Below are positions 29,454 through 37,935 of a stretch of 64,000 nucleotides of DNA, piece after piece. Under the pieces are notes generated by a model. It was not told the DNA's origin, ran no database searches, and saw nothing but the letters and a program-made list of their open reading frames with translations. This DNA is from Alphaproteobacteria bacterium (GTDB lineage: Bacteria; Pseudomonadota; Alphaproteobacteria; UBA828), in assembly GCA_965214705.1 (NCBI GenBank), contig CBDCCI010000002.1:2336001-2400000 (forward strand). Reading direction: 5' to 3'. Position numbers and translations under genes: made by a program. How positions within the stretch are numbered: position 1 is the first letter of the stretch; the number at the start of each line of letters is the position of its first letter.

Positions 29454-30563
29454 ATGCGGGCCATGAGACTACCGCGCTTACCGAGCCTCGTTTTCGGCCT
29501 CCTCGCGGGCGTGCTACTGGCCGCCGGGCCGACACTCGGCGCGGAGCAAGACGCGGCGCCGAATTCCACATCCTCCTCGACGTGGGCGCTCGAAGCCTGG
29601 TCGCCGCCCTTCGATTTCCGCAGCCCGACGACGACCATCACCTATCGCCCCCTAGAGCGCGCATCGCAGAAGTGGCGCATCTGCGCCTCATACCCCCACC
29701 TCAAGGATTCGTACTGGCTGAGCGTCAACTACGGCATGGTGGAGGAGGCGAAGCGTCTCGGCGTCGCGCTCCGCGTGGTCGAGGCGGGAGGCTACCCCAA
29801 CCTCGAACGCCAGATCGCCCAGATCACCGAATGCGCCCAGGACGCGGACATCCTTGCGCTGGGAGCGGTGAGCTTCGACGGGCTGACCGAGGCGGTGCTC
29901 GCGATCAGCGAGGAAATCCCCGTGCTCGCCGTGGTCAACGACATCGCCGACGCCGGCATCAGCGCCAAGGCCGCCGTCTCCTGGGTCACGATGGGGGCGG
30001 TCACCGGTGCCTACCTCGCCAGCCTCCATCCGGCGGGCACGCCGACGGTCAAGGTGGCGTGGTTCCCCGGCCCGCGGGAGTCGCAGTGGGCCTACTTCGT
30101 CGAGGAGGGGTTCACCGAAGCGCTCGCGGGCAGCGCCGTCGATATCGTCGTGAGGAAGTGGGGCGATACCGGCCGCGAAATCCAGCTGATCCTGGTCGAG
30201 GAAGCGCTGGAGGAACGCCCCGATGTCGACTACATCGTGGGCAGCGCGGTTACCGCAGGCGCGGCGGTGAGCCTGCTCAGGGCGCGTGGCCTCACCGGCC
30301 AGATCCGGGTGCTGGCGGACTACTTCACCCACGCGGTCTATCGCGGCATCAAACGTGACAAGATTCTCGCCGCGCCCACCGACTTCCCCGCCCTGCAAGG
30401 CCGCATGGGCATCGAGATGGCCGTGCGGCTCCTCGAAGGCAAGCTCGAGCACCCGCACGCCGGGCCTTTGATCCACATCGTCGAGCAGGCCAATCTCGAT
30501 TCCTTCAACACGCGCCTTTCTCTGGCGCCGGCCGACTTCTCGCCCACGTTCGTGGTCGAGTAG
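29454..30563 (+). CDS. torT: Periplasmic TMAO-binding protein TorT
   Basis: WRICASYPHLKDSYWLSVNYGMVEEA, EAGGYPNL, YFTHAVYRGIKR, LAPADFSPTF. Confidence 0.93.
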   Translation: MRAMRLPRLPSLVFGLLAGVLLAAGPTLGAEQDAAPNSTSSSTWALEAWSPPFDFRSPTTTITYRPLERASQKWRICASYPHLKDSYWLSVNYGMVEEAKRLGVALRVVEAGGYPNLERQIAQITECAQDADILALGAVSFDGLTEAVLAISEEIPVLAVVNDIADAGISAKAAVSWVTMGAVTGAYLASLHPAGTPTVKVAWFPGPRESQWAYFVEEGFTEALAGSAVDIVVRKWGDTGREIQLILVEEALEERPDVDYIVGSAVTAGAAVSLLRARGLTGQIRVLADYFTHAVYRGIKRDKILAAPTDFPALQGRMGIEMAVRLLEGKLEHPHAGPLIHIVEQANLDSFNTRLSLAPADFSPTFVVE

Positions 30564-30726
30564 GCGCCGACGGGCTGCACCGGCGATATCGCGCCCTGCC
30601 CCGGTCGCTGCGCTCCGGGTTTGCGCCGCGCTCGCTCTTTGGCATGATGCGCCCGCAATCTGGCGCGCCGGCGGAGATTAGGCCGCTGGCAGGCGCGCCG
30701 GAGCCGTGTTGAGGGGGCCTGGAACC

Positions 30727-31290
30727 GTGCAAGCATCCTTGGAGAGCTGCCCAGCCCTCGTGCTCAACGCCGACTACCGGCCGCTCAGCTACTTCCCGCT
30801 TTCCGTCTGGGGCTGGCAGGACGCGGTCAAGGCGGCGTTCCTCGACCGGGTGACCATCCTCTCGGAATACGACCGGGCGATCCGCTCGCCGAGCACGGCG
30901 ATCCGGCTGCCGAGCGTGGTCGCGCTCAAGCGCTACCGCCCGCTCGCGCGCCGGCCCGCGTTCACGCGGTTCAACGTCTTCCTGCGGGATTCGTTCACCT
31001 GCCAGTATTGCGTGGCCCCCTTCCCGGTGGAGGACCTCACCTTCGACCACCTGGTGCCGCGCTCGCGCGGCGGGCGCACCACTTGGGGCAACGTTGTCAC
31101 CGCCTGCAGCGCCTGCAACCTCGCCAAGAGCAACCGGCTGCCGCGGGAGTGCGGCATGCGGCCGGCGCGCAAGCCGCGTCCGCCCAGCGCCTACGACCTG
31201 CACCAGGCGGGCCGGCGCTTCCCGCCCCGTTACCTGCACGAGAGCTGGGGCGACTACCTCTACTGGGATTCCGAGCTGGACCCCGACTAG
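30727..31290 (+). CDS. HNH endonuclease (HNH_5/McrA-like, conserved alphaproteobacterial type)
   Basis: ALVLNADYRPLSYFPLS, FLRDSFTCQYC, TFDHLVPRSRGG, CSACN. Confidence 0.9.
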   Translation: MQASLESCPALVLNADYRPLSYFPLSVWGWQDAVKAAFLDRVTILSEYDRAIRSPSTAIRLPSVVALKRYRPLARRPAFTRFNVFLRDSFTCQYCVAPFPVEDLTFDHLVPRSRGGRTTWGNVVTACSACNLAKSNRLPRECGMRPARKPRPPSAYDLHQAGRRFPPRYLHESWGDYLYWDSELDPD

Positions 31291-31314
31291 CGCCGCAGAA
31301 CCGGGAGAGCGCAG

Positions 31315-32106
31315 ATGCTCGTCGAGCAGATCTGGACCGCCAACGACTATCGCAATTTCAACTACCTGATCGCCTGCCCCGAGACCGGCGAGGCGCTCGC
31401 GGTCGACCCTCTCGATCACAAGCGCTGCCTCAAGGCGGCCAAGGATAGGGGCTGGCAGATCACCCAGATCCTCAACACCCACGAGCACGGCGATCACACC
31501 GGCGGCAACAAGGCGATGGTCAAGGCCACCGGCGCCACCTTGCTCGCCCACGCCAACGCCAAGGGCAAGATCCCCGGCATCGACCGCGGGCTCGGCGCAG
31601 GCGACGTGATCAAGGTCGGCGCCACGGTGGAGCTGGAGGCGCTGGACACCCCCGGCCACACCATGAGCCATGTCTGCCTGCTCTCCCGCACCGACACGCC
31701 GTCGCTCTTCTGCGGCGATACCCTCTTCAACGCCGGCGCCGGCAACTGCCATTCCGGCGGCCATCCGGCGGAGCTTTACGAAACCTTCGCCGGCCAGCTC
31801 GCGAAGCTGCCGGACGAGACCCTGATCTACCCCGGCCACGACTACATCGCGCACAACCTGGGCTTCACCCTGGACCGGGAGCCCGACAACAAGCAGGCGG
31901 CCTCGCTGCTTGAGGAGATAGGACCGCAGGACCCCGACGACGCCCTGGTCTCGACGCTCGCGCTGGAAAAGGAGATCAACACCTTCTTCCGCCTGCACAG
32001 CCCCACGGTGATCGCGCGGCTGCGCGAGGCCTTCCCCGACCTCCCCGACGACCCCGGCCCGCGCGAGGTCTTCCTCAAGCTCCGCGAGCTCCGCAACAGC
32101 TGGTAA
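31315..32106 (+). CDS. gloB: Hydroxyacylglutathione hydrolase (glyoxalase II)
   Basis: THEHGDHTGG, TPGHT, GDTLF, PGHDY metallo-beta-lactamase motifs. Confidence 0.88.
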   Translation: MLVEQIWTANDYRNFNYLIACPETGEALAVDPLDHKRCLKAAKDRGWQITQILNTHEHGDHTGGNKAMVKATGATLLAHANAKGKIPGIDRGLGAGDVIKVGATVELEALDTPGHTMSHVCLLSRTDTPSLFCGDTLFNAGAGNCHSGGHPAELYETFAGQLAKLPDETLIYPGHDYIAHNLGFTLDREPDNKQAASLLEEIGPQDPDDALVSTLALEKEINTFFRLHSPTVIARLREAFPDLPDDPGPREVFLKLRELRNSW

Positions 32107-32138
32107 GAGCGCGCCGCCAACAGCGTCGGCCGTACCGC

Positions 32139-32489
32139 ATGACCGACGGCCTGAAGGAGCGGCATCGCAAGGCCGTGATCGACATCATCGCGGCCAACGC
32201 CAGGGTGGAGCGGGCCGTGCTGTTCGGCTCGCGCGCGACGGGGACCTTCCGCCCGGCCTCGGACGTGGACCTCGCGCTGTTCGGTGACCGCCTGTCCATG
32301 AGCGATCAGGTGACCCTCACCGCCGCCATCGACGATCTGACGATCCCGCAGCGCGTCCATCTGCTCCTCTATGGAATGATCGACAGCACCGCCCTGCGCA
32401 ATCAAATCGAGACGCAAGGCGTGGAGTGGTACAGGCGGCGAGACGCGGACGCAGGGGACCGGCCCGGCCGCAACGACGGAGCGGACTGA
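32139..32489 (+). CDS. Minimal nucleotidyltransferase (MNT) domain protein, orphan antitoxin-like
   Basis: LFGSRATG...SDVDL motif; no HEPN partner on either side. Confidence 0.8.
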   Translation: MTDGLKERHRKAVIDIIAANARVERAVLFGSRATGTFRPASDVDLALFGDRLSMSDQVTLTAAIDDLTIPQRVHLLLYGMIDSTALRNQIETQGVEWYRRRDADAGDRPGRNDGAD

Positions 32490-32511
32490 CCCCGCCGAGG
32501 CGTGCCTCGCA

Positions 32512-33501
32512 TCACGCGAACAGCGCCTGGGCCATGAACTCCTTCGCGTCGATGTTGGTGCCGCAGACGATGACCGCGGTGCGCTTGTCCCGTAGGCGCC
32601 CGGCGAGCGGACCGAGCAGCGCGGCCGTTGCCGCCGCGCCTGCCGGCTCCACGGCGAGCTTCATCTCGGCGAAGAGCAGCCCCATGGCGCGGCGCATGGC
32701 CTCGTCGTCGATCGTCACCAGCTCGTCCACATAGCGCCGGCAGAGCCCGAACGAATAGGGGGCGGCATGGGGCGCGCCGAGGCTGTCAGCGATGGTGGTC
32801 ACCTTGTCGATGGCCTGCGGCGAGCCTGCGGCGAAGCTGCGGTGCATGGTGTCCGCGCCCTCCGGCTCGACGCCATAGACGCGGCACTGCGGCTGCAGGG
32901 TCTTGATGGCGCAGGAGACTCCGGCGCAGAGCCCGCCGCCGCCGATAGGCACGATCACCGCATCCAGCGCCGGCACCTGCCGCGCGAGCTCCAGTCCCAC
33001 CGTCGCAGTGCCGAGCGCGATAGTCCGCCCCTCGAAGGGATGGATGAACGTGCGCCCCTCGTCCGCCTCGATGGCGCGCACGGCCTCGAATGCCACGTGC
33101 ACGTCCGGCACCAGCACGAGCTCAGCGCCGTAGCGCCGCACCTGGGCGACGCGGAAGGGATCGGCGCCTTCCATCATTACCACCTTGGCCGAGGTGCCGA
33201 CGCGGTGCGCGGCGAAGGCCACCGCGATGGCGTGGTTGCCGGCGCTGACCGCCGTCACGCCGCGCTTCCGCCCCGCCTCATCGAGAGCCAATGCGTTGAG
33301 CAGCGCGCCCCGCGCCTTGAAGGTGCCGGTGCGCTGGAACAGCTCGAGCTTGAGGAAGACTGCGCTCTCCGGCCCGAGCCCGTCCGAGACCGGTGCCGCC
33401 CGCCAGCGGTGCACCGGGGTCTCCTCGATCAGATCGCCGAGGGTGAGCCGCGCCGCCTCGATCGCCGCGAGGTCCGGAGGAGCCTCGCTCTCTGGCGCCA
33501 C
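32512..33501 (-). CDS. PLP-dependent threonine/serine dehydratase family enzyme
   Basis: LKLELFQRTGTFKARGA, SAGNHA, PIGGGGL, VEPAGA, CGTN. Confidence 0.9.
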   Translation of the reverse strand: MAPESEAPPDLAAIEAARLTLGDLIEETPVHRWRAAPVSDGLGPESAVFLKLELFQRTGTFKARGALLNALALDEAGRKRGVTAVSAGNHAIAVAFAAHRVGTSAKVVMMEGADPFRVAQVRRYGAELVLVPDVHVAFEAVRAIEADEGRTFIHPFEGRTIALGTATVGLELARQVPALDAVIVPIGGGGLCAGVSCAIKTLQPQCRVYGVEPEGADTMHRSFAAGSPQAIDKVTTIADSLGAPHAAPYSFGLCRRYVDELVTIDDEAMRRAMGLLFAEMKLAVEPAGAAATAALLGPLAGRLRDKRTAVIVCGTNIDAKEFMAQALFA

Positions 33502-33505
33502 CGGC

Positions 33506-34297
33506 CTAACGGCCCCGGAAGCGCGGCACACGCTTCTCGACGAACGCCTGCACCGCCTCGCGGTGATCGCCGGTGGAGCCGAGCACGCCGTAGGTGGCCG
33601 ACGCGCGGTCCAACCCGGCGCGAAGATCGCCGCCGATGCCGTCTCGCACCAGCCGCTTGATGGCGCGGATGGCCAAAGTCGGACCGTCCGCCAGTTGGCG
33701 CGCGAGTTCCATGGTCTGGGGCATCAGCGCGTCGTCGGCGCAGACCCGGTTGACCAGGCCGATGCGCTCCGCCTCCGCCGCGTCGATGGCCTCGCCCGTC
33801 CACAGCAGCTCAAGCGCCTTCGCCTGCCCCACCAGGCGCGGCAGCCAATGCGCACCGCCGGCGCCGGGCGCGAGCCCGACCTTGACGTAGGTCTCCGCAA
33901 ACTTGGCCGAGGCCGCGGCGAAGCGCAGGTCCATCGCCAGTGCAAGGTCGAGGCCGGCGCCGATGGCCGCGCCGTTGATCGCCGCGATCACCGGCTTGTC
34001 CATGTCGGCGAGGGTGAGCGGAATGCGATGCACATGCTCGCCGATCGTCGCCCGTTGCTCGGCCGGTGCCTGCTCCAGGCCCTCCCCCATCAGCTCCTTG
34101 ATGTCGCCGCCGCTGCAGAAGGCCTTGCCCGCCCCGGTCACCACCACCACGTTCACGTCCTCGCGGTCGCGACAGTCCGCGAGCGCTGCCGCCCAGGCAT
34201 CGATCATGGAGCGGGTGAAGGCGTTGCGCCGCTCGGGCCGGTTGAGCGTGATCGTCGCGATGCGCTCCGCGACCTCCAGGCGGATCTCGTCGCTCAC
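33506..34297 (-). CDS. Enoyl-CoA hydratase/isomerase
   Basis: LNRPERRNA, AFCSGGD, KPVIAAING, GLAPGAGG. Confidence 0.92.
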   Translation of the reverse strand: MSDEIRLEVAERIATITLNRPERRNAFTRSMIDAWAAALADCRDREDVNVVVVTGAGKAFCSGGDIKELMGEGLEQAPAEQRATIGEHVHRIPLTLADMDKPVIAAINGAAIGAGLDLALAMDLRFAAASAKFAETYVKVGLAPGAGGAHWLPRLVGQAKALELLWTGEAIDAAEAERIGLVNRVCADDALMPQTMELARQLADGPTLAIRAIKRLVRDGIGGDLRAGLDRASATYGVLGSTGDHREAVQAFVEKRVPRFRGR

Positions 34298-35367
34298 GGG
34301 CGCTCTCCCTCTTCTACTACCGCGCTGCCGGAGGCGGCTCTTGATACCGCGCTGCCAGAGGCAGCGACCATCGCCGGCCATAGCGCCGCACCGCCGCCTT
34401 GCGCGGCGTGCGCACCGAGCCCCTGCCACCAATAGGCCTCGTTGCCGCACTCGTCGCGCCAGGCCCAGAGCCGCTTGGTCCAGTGGTGCAGGTCGTGCTC
34501 GGCGGTATAGCCGATGGCGCCATGCACCTGATGGGCGAGACGGGCGACCGTGCCCGCCGCCTGGCTCGCCCGCGCCTTGGCCGCAGCGAAGCCGAAGGTG
34601 TTCGACGCCTGCGCCGCCGCATCGACCGCAGCCCCGGTGGCCGCCGCCTCCCCGGCAATTTCGGCCAAGTAGTGCTGGATCGCCTGGAAGCGCTTGAGTG
34701 GCCGGCCGAACTGCACGCGATCACTCGCATACTGCAAGCTCATGGCGAGCACCTGCTCCATCGCGCCCCGCAGCTGGGCGGCGCGGGCGAGCGCCATGAG
34801 GGCGAAGCCGTCCACGTCCGGCGGCAGGGGAAGGAGGCGGTCCGGTCGGCCGGAGACGGCCACATCGTCGCGCGGCTCGCCGGCTAGGTTCGCACCCTCG
34901 ATCACGTTGCTGGGCGTGACGAAAGCCAGGCCATGGCCCGGCGCGCCCACCGCAAGCACAGTGGCGATTCGGGCCCACGGCACCCGCGGCAAAGTGGCAG
35001 CGACGATATCGTCCTGCACCTCCGGCTGCGGGGCCAGCGCGCCGGCCGGCGGCGCATAGAGGGTGAGCGGGCCATCAGGCGCCTCGGCCCCGGCGCGGTG
35101 GCAAAGCAGGGTTCCGATCATCGTCTCCGCGACCGGGATCGGCGCGGCATGGCGCCCTGCCGCGCGCAGCACCGCAAGCCCCGCCGCCAGACCCGCACCG
35201 CCCGCTTCCTCCGGCAATGCCGCGTGCGCCAGCCCGGTCTCGGCGAAGATCTGCCAAATCCGCTGCGGCCAGCTATTCTGGGCGAGCACCTCGCGCGCAG
35301 CCTCGCTCTCTGCCGCGAACAGGTCGTCAGCGATTTGCTCGACCAAGCGTGCCGTCTCGTCGCTCAT
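34294..35367 (-). CDS. Acyl-CoA dehydrogenase family protein (short, beta-type subunit)
   Basis: RVQFGRPLKRFQAIQ, HQVHGAIGYTAE; tandem with the next ACAD. Confidence 0.88.
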   Translation of the reverse strand: MSDETARLVEQIADDLFAAESEAAREVLAQNSWPQRIWQIFAETGLAHAALPEEAGGAGLAAGLAVLRAAGRHAAPIPVAETMIGTLLCHRAGAEAPDGPLTLYAPPAGALAPQPEVQDDIVAATLPRVPWARIATVLAVGAPGHGLAFVTPSNVIEGANLAGEPRDDVAVSGRPDRLLPLPPDVDGFALMALARAAQLRGAMEQVLAMSLQYASDRVQFGRPLKRFQAIQHYLAEIAGEAAATGAAVDAAAQASNTFGFAAAKARASQAAGTVARLAHQVHGAIGYTAEHDLHHWTKRLWAWRDECGNEAYWWQGLGAHAAQGGGAALWPAMVAASGSAVSRAASGSAVVEEGERP

Positions 35368-35374
35368 CGCACCT

Positions 35375-36532
35375 TCACCTGACCCCGAGGCCACGAGCGA
35401 TGATCGAGCGCAGGATCTCGTTGGTGCCGCCACGCAGGGTAAACGAGGGCAGCCCCAGCACCGTCGCACCCAGCGCGGCCTCGAGCGACGGCGCGTTGGC
35501 GCTTCCCCCCGCGACCGGCTCGACTGGCACGGCGCGGCGCAGAGTCTCGACGACCTCGGCCTCGAAGCGCGTGCCCATGTCCTTGACGATGGCGGCCTCG
35601 ACGTCCGGTAGCTCCCCCTTCTCCAGTTGGCCGGCGACCGCGAATGACATGGCCCGCAGCGCGTAGAACTCCGCCGCGAGGCGCCCGATCGCCTCGGCGA
35701 GCCGCGGCTCGGGCTCGGGGCCCGCCTCCTCGACCAGCGCGGCGAAGAGATGGAAGGTGCTGAGAATGCGCTCGGGCCCGCTCCGCTCCAGCGCAAGCTC
35801 GCCCGTCACCTGGCGCCAGCCGTCGCCCTCCTGGCCGATCAGCCGGTCGGCGGGAATCACCACGTCCTCGAAGACGCACTCGTTGAAGTCGTGCTTGCCG
35901 GCCAAGTTGACGATCGGGCTGACCTTCACGCCATCGGCTTCGAGGTCGATCAGGAACTGGCTGAGGCCCTCGTGGCGGCTCTCGCCGGCAGGTCCCGTGC
36001 GGCAGAGCGCGATCATGTACTGCGAGCGGTGCGCGTTGCTGGTCCACACCTTGGTGCCATTGATGCGCCAGCCGTCCGCCGTCCGTTCAGCGCGGGTGCG
36101 CACCGAGGCGAGGTCGGAGCCGGAATCGGGCTCGCTCATGCCGATGGCGAAGTAGCACTCGCCAGCGGCAATCCGGGGGAGGATCGTCTGGCGCTGTTCC
36201 TCGGTGCCGAAGCGCAGCAGCAGCGGGCCGCTCTGCCTGTCCGCCACCCAATGGGCGTAGACGGGCGCGCCGGCTGCCAGCAGCTCCTCGATCACGACGT
36301 AGCGCTCCAGCGCCGAGCGCTCGTGCCCGCCATAGCGCCGGGGCCAGCACATGCCGATCCAGCCCCGCGCACCGAGGGCACGGCTGAAGGTGGCCGACCA
36401 GTCCGAGCCGAAGTCGGAATCGGGCCGCCAGCCCTCGGTGGCTTGCGAGTCCGCGAGGAACGCCCGCACTTCGGCGCGCAACGCGTCCGTGCCCGGCGGC
36501 ATCGCCGGCGGCGGGAAGTCGAAGCCGGTCAC
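35375..36532 (-). CDS. Acyl-CoA dehydrogenase family protein
   Basis: GMSEPDSGSDLAS, NGTKVWTS, LALERSG, RGGTNEI. Confidence 0.92.
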   Translation of the reverse strand: MTGFDFPPPAMPPGTDALRAEVRAFLADSQATEGWRPDSDFGSDWSATFSRALGARGWIGMCWPRRYGGHERSALERYVVIEELLAAGAPVYAHWVADRQSGPLLLRFGTEEQRQTILPRIAAGECYFAIGMSEPDSGSDLASVRTRAERTADGWRINGTKVWTSNAHRSQYMIALCRTGPAGESRHEGLSQFLIDLEADGVKVSPIVNLAGKHDFNECVFEDVVIPADRLIGQEGDGWRQVTGELALERSGPERILSTFHLFAALVEEAGPEPEPRLAEAIGRLAAEFYALRAMSFAVAGQLEKGELPDVEAAIVKDMGTRFEAEVVETLRRAVPVEPVAGGSANAPSLEAALGATVLGLPSFTLRGGTNEILRSIIARGLGVR

Positions 36533-36541
36533 GGCGCGCCG

Positions 36542-36812
36542 CGGCCTCCGGCGCGGGGCCGGGCCTCCGGCCTGCGGCGGGCCCAGTGGGATAGTGCGAA
36601 CTTAAAATTCATGCGGGACGCGCCGGGATTAGGCGGGATAAGTGTGATGGGATGGGATTCCACGGCGACCGGCCACGCGCGCGGGATCGTACCGAGCGAG
36701 CCCGCTCATCATGCCGCCGCCGGTAGTGGTCCTATAGCGCGCGCAAGTCATGGCGCATTCGTGACGCAGCCGGCGCGCACCGTGCACCGCACCATGGTGC
36801 GGGTCGCTCGCG
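36542..36812 (-). repeat. Internally deleted copy of the DUF3486/gp27 cassette at 57.8-58.4 kb
   Basis: Shares GTGCACCGCACCATGGT (36782-36798 = 58412-58428) within a gap-free 36/50 block, and a 22/26 block with phased CGGGA repeats; encloses mini-ORF 36629-36712 MMSGLARYDPARVAGRRGIPSHHTYPA*. Confidence 0.72.
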
Positions 36813-36866
36813 CCCGAAGGGTCTCGCGCACATTAGCGGGATGCATTCGAACAAGGACGCGCGCGA

Positions 36867-37919
36867 TCAGCGGCCGAAGGTCTCGGCGTAGCGCGCGAGC
36901 TTGGCCCGCCAGGCCGCATTATCGAGAATCTCGCGGTTGACGACCGCCGCAGGCGCCTCGCCTCGCATCAAGGCCTTACAGGCGACGATGTCATCGGCGC
37001 CAAGCCCGGCGAAGCACTGGTCTGTCCAGGCCAACGCGTGCGGCGCGAACACCACGTTGTCGAGCTTGAGGATGGGATCGTTCGGGTCCGGCGGCTCCGG
37101 GTCGAGCACGTCGAGGCCGGCGCCGGCGATCCGCCCTTCCTGCAACGCCGCGGTCAACGCCTTCTGGTCCACCGTGCCGCCGCGCGAGGTATTCACGAAA
37201 TAGGCCGTGGGCTTCATCAGGCCGATCAGGCGCTCATCGACGATGTGGTGGGTCTCATCGCTGAGCGGGCAGTTCACGGTCAGGATGTCCGACTCGCGAC
37301 AAACCGTGTCGAGATCGACCATCTGCACGCCAAGCTCTTCGGCCACCGCCGGCTCGGCGTAGGGGTCGCAGGCCATGAAGTTCATGTCGAAAGGCTTGGC
37401 CATGCGGAACATCTCGGCTCCGATGTTGCCGATGCCGACCGAGCCGAGCGTCTTGCCGACGAGACCCACCCCCATGTGGGCGCCCTTGCGGGCGAAGCCC
37501 GGCGGGCCCTCGATGGTCAGCTGGTGCTTGAGCAGGAGCTTGCAGGTGACCGCGAGGATCAGCGCGATGATGGCGACCGCCACCGGCCGGCGCACGCCGT
37601 TGGGCGTGATGACCAGCGCGATGTCGTTGTCGGTGCAGGCGGGCACGTCCACGCTGTCGTAGCCGACGCCGAAGCGCGCGACCATGGCGAGCCGGCCGTC
37701 GCTCGGCACGCTGGAGCGGTCGAAGCGCTGGGCCAGCAGGATCAGCGCGTCGTGACCGGCGAGCTCGGACGCGTCCACCGGCCCCTCGCCGTTCTCCAGA
37801 TAGCGCCACTCGATGTCGGGGTCGTCGTCCAGCGGCGTGCGGTCGAACATGGGGAAGAGCGGCTCGCCCTCCGCCGTGAGAAAATCCCTGCTCAGTGCAA
37901 CCCTAAACTTTTCAGCCAT
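36867..37919 (-). CDS. D-isomer-specific 2-hydroxyacid dehydrogenase (NAD-dependent)
   Basis: RFGVGYDSVD, GIGNIG, NTSRGG, GLDVLDPEPP, APH. Confidence 0.9.
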   Translation of the reverse strand: MAEKFRVALSRDFLTAEGEPLFPMFDRTPLDDDPDIEWRYLENGEGPVDASELAGHDALILLAQRFDRSSVPSDGRLAMVARFGVGYDSVDVPACTDNDIALVITPNGVRRPVAVAIIALILAVTCKLLLKHQLTIEGPPGFARKGAHMGVGLVGKTLGSVGIGNIGAEMFRMAKPFDMNFMACDPYAEPAVAEELGVQMVDLDTVCRESDILTVNCPLSDETHHIVDERLIGLMKPTAYFVNTSRGGTVDQKALTAALQEGRIAGAGLDVLDPEPPDPNDPILKLDNVVFAPHALAWTDQCFAGLGADDIVACKALMRGEAPAAVVNREILDNAAWRAKLARYAETFGR

Positions 37920-37935
37920 AACCCGTTGATCCCCC

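Noticed and set aside
30727-31290. HNH nuclease as a homing, mobile or defence element
   Set aside because: Matches the conserved chromosomal alphaproteobacterial HNH type; no intron, repeats or methylase nearby.
32115-32533. Possible direct repeat (CGC.AACAGCG) flanking the MNT gene
   Set aside because: Only about 10 matching bases in GC-rich DNA; too weak to call an attachment site.
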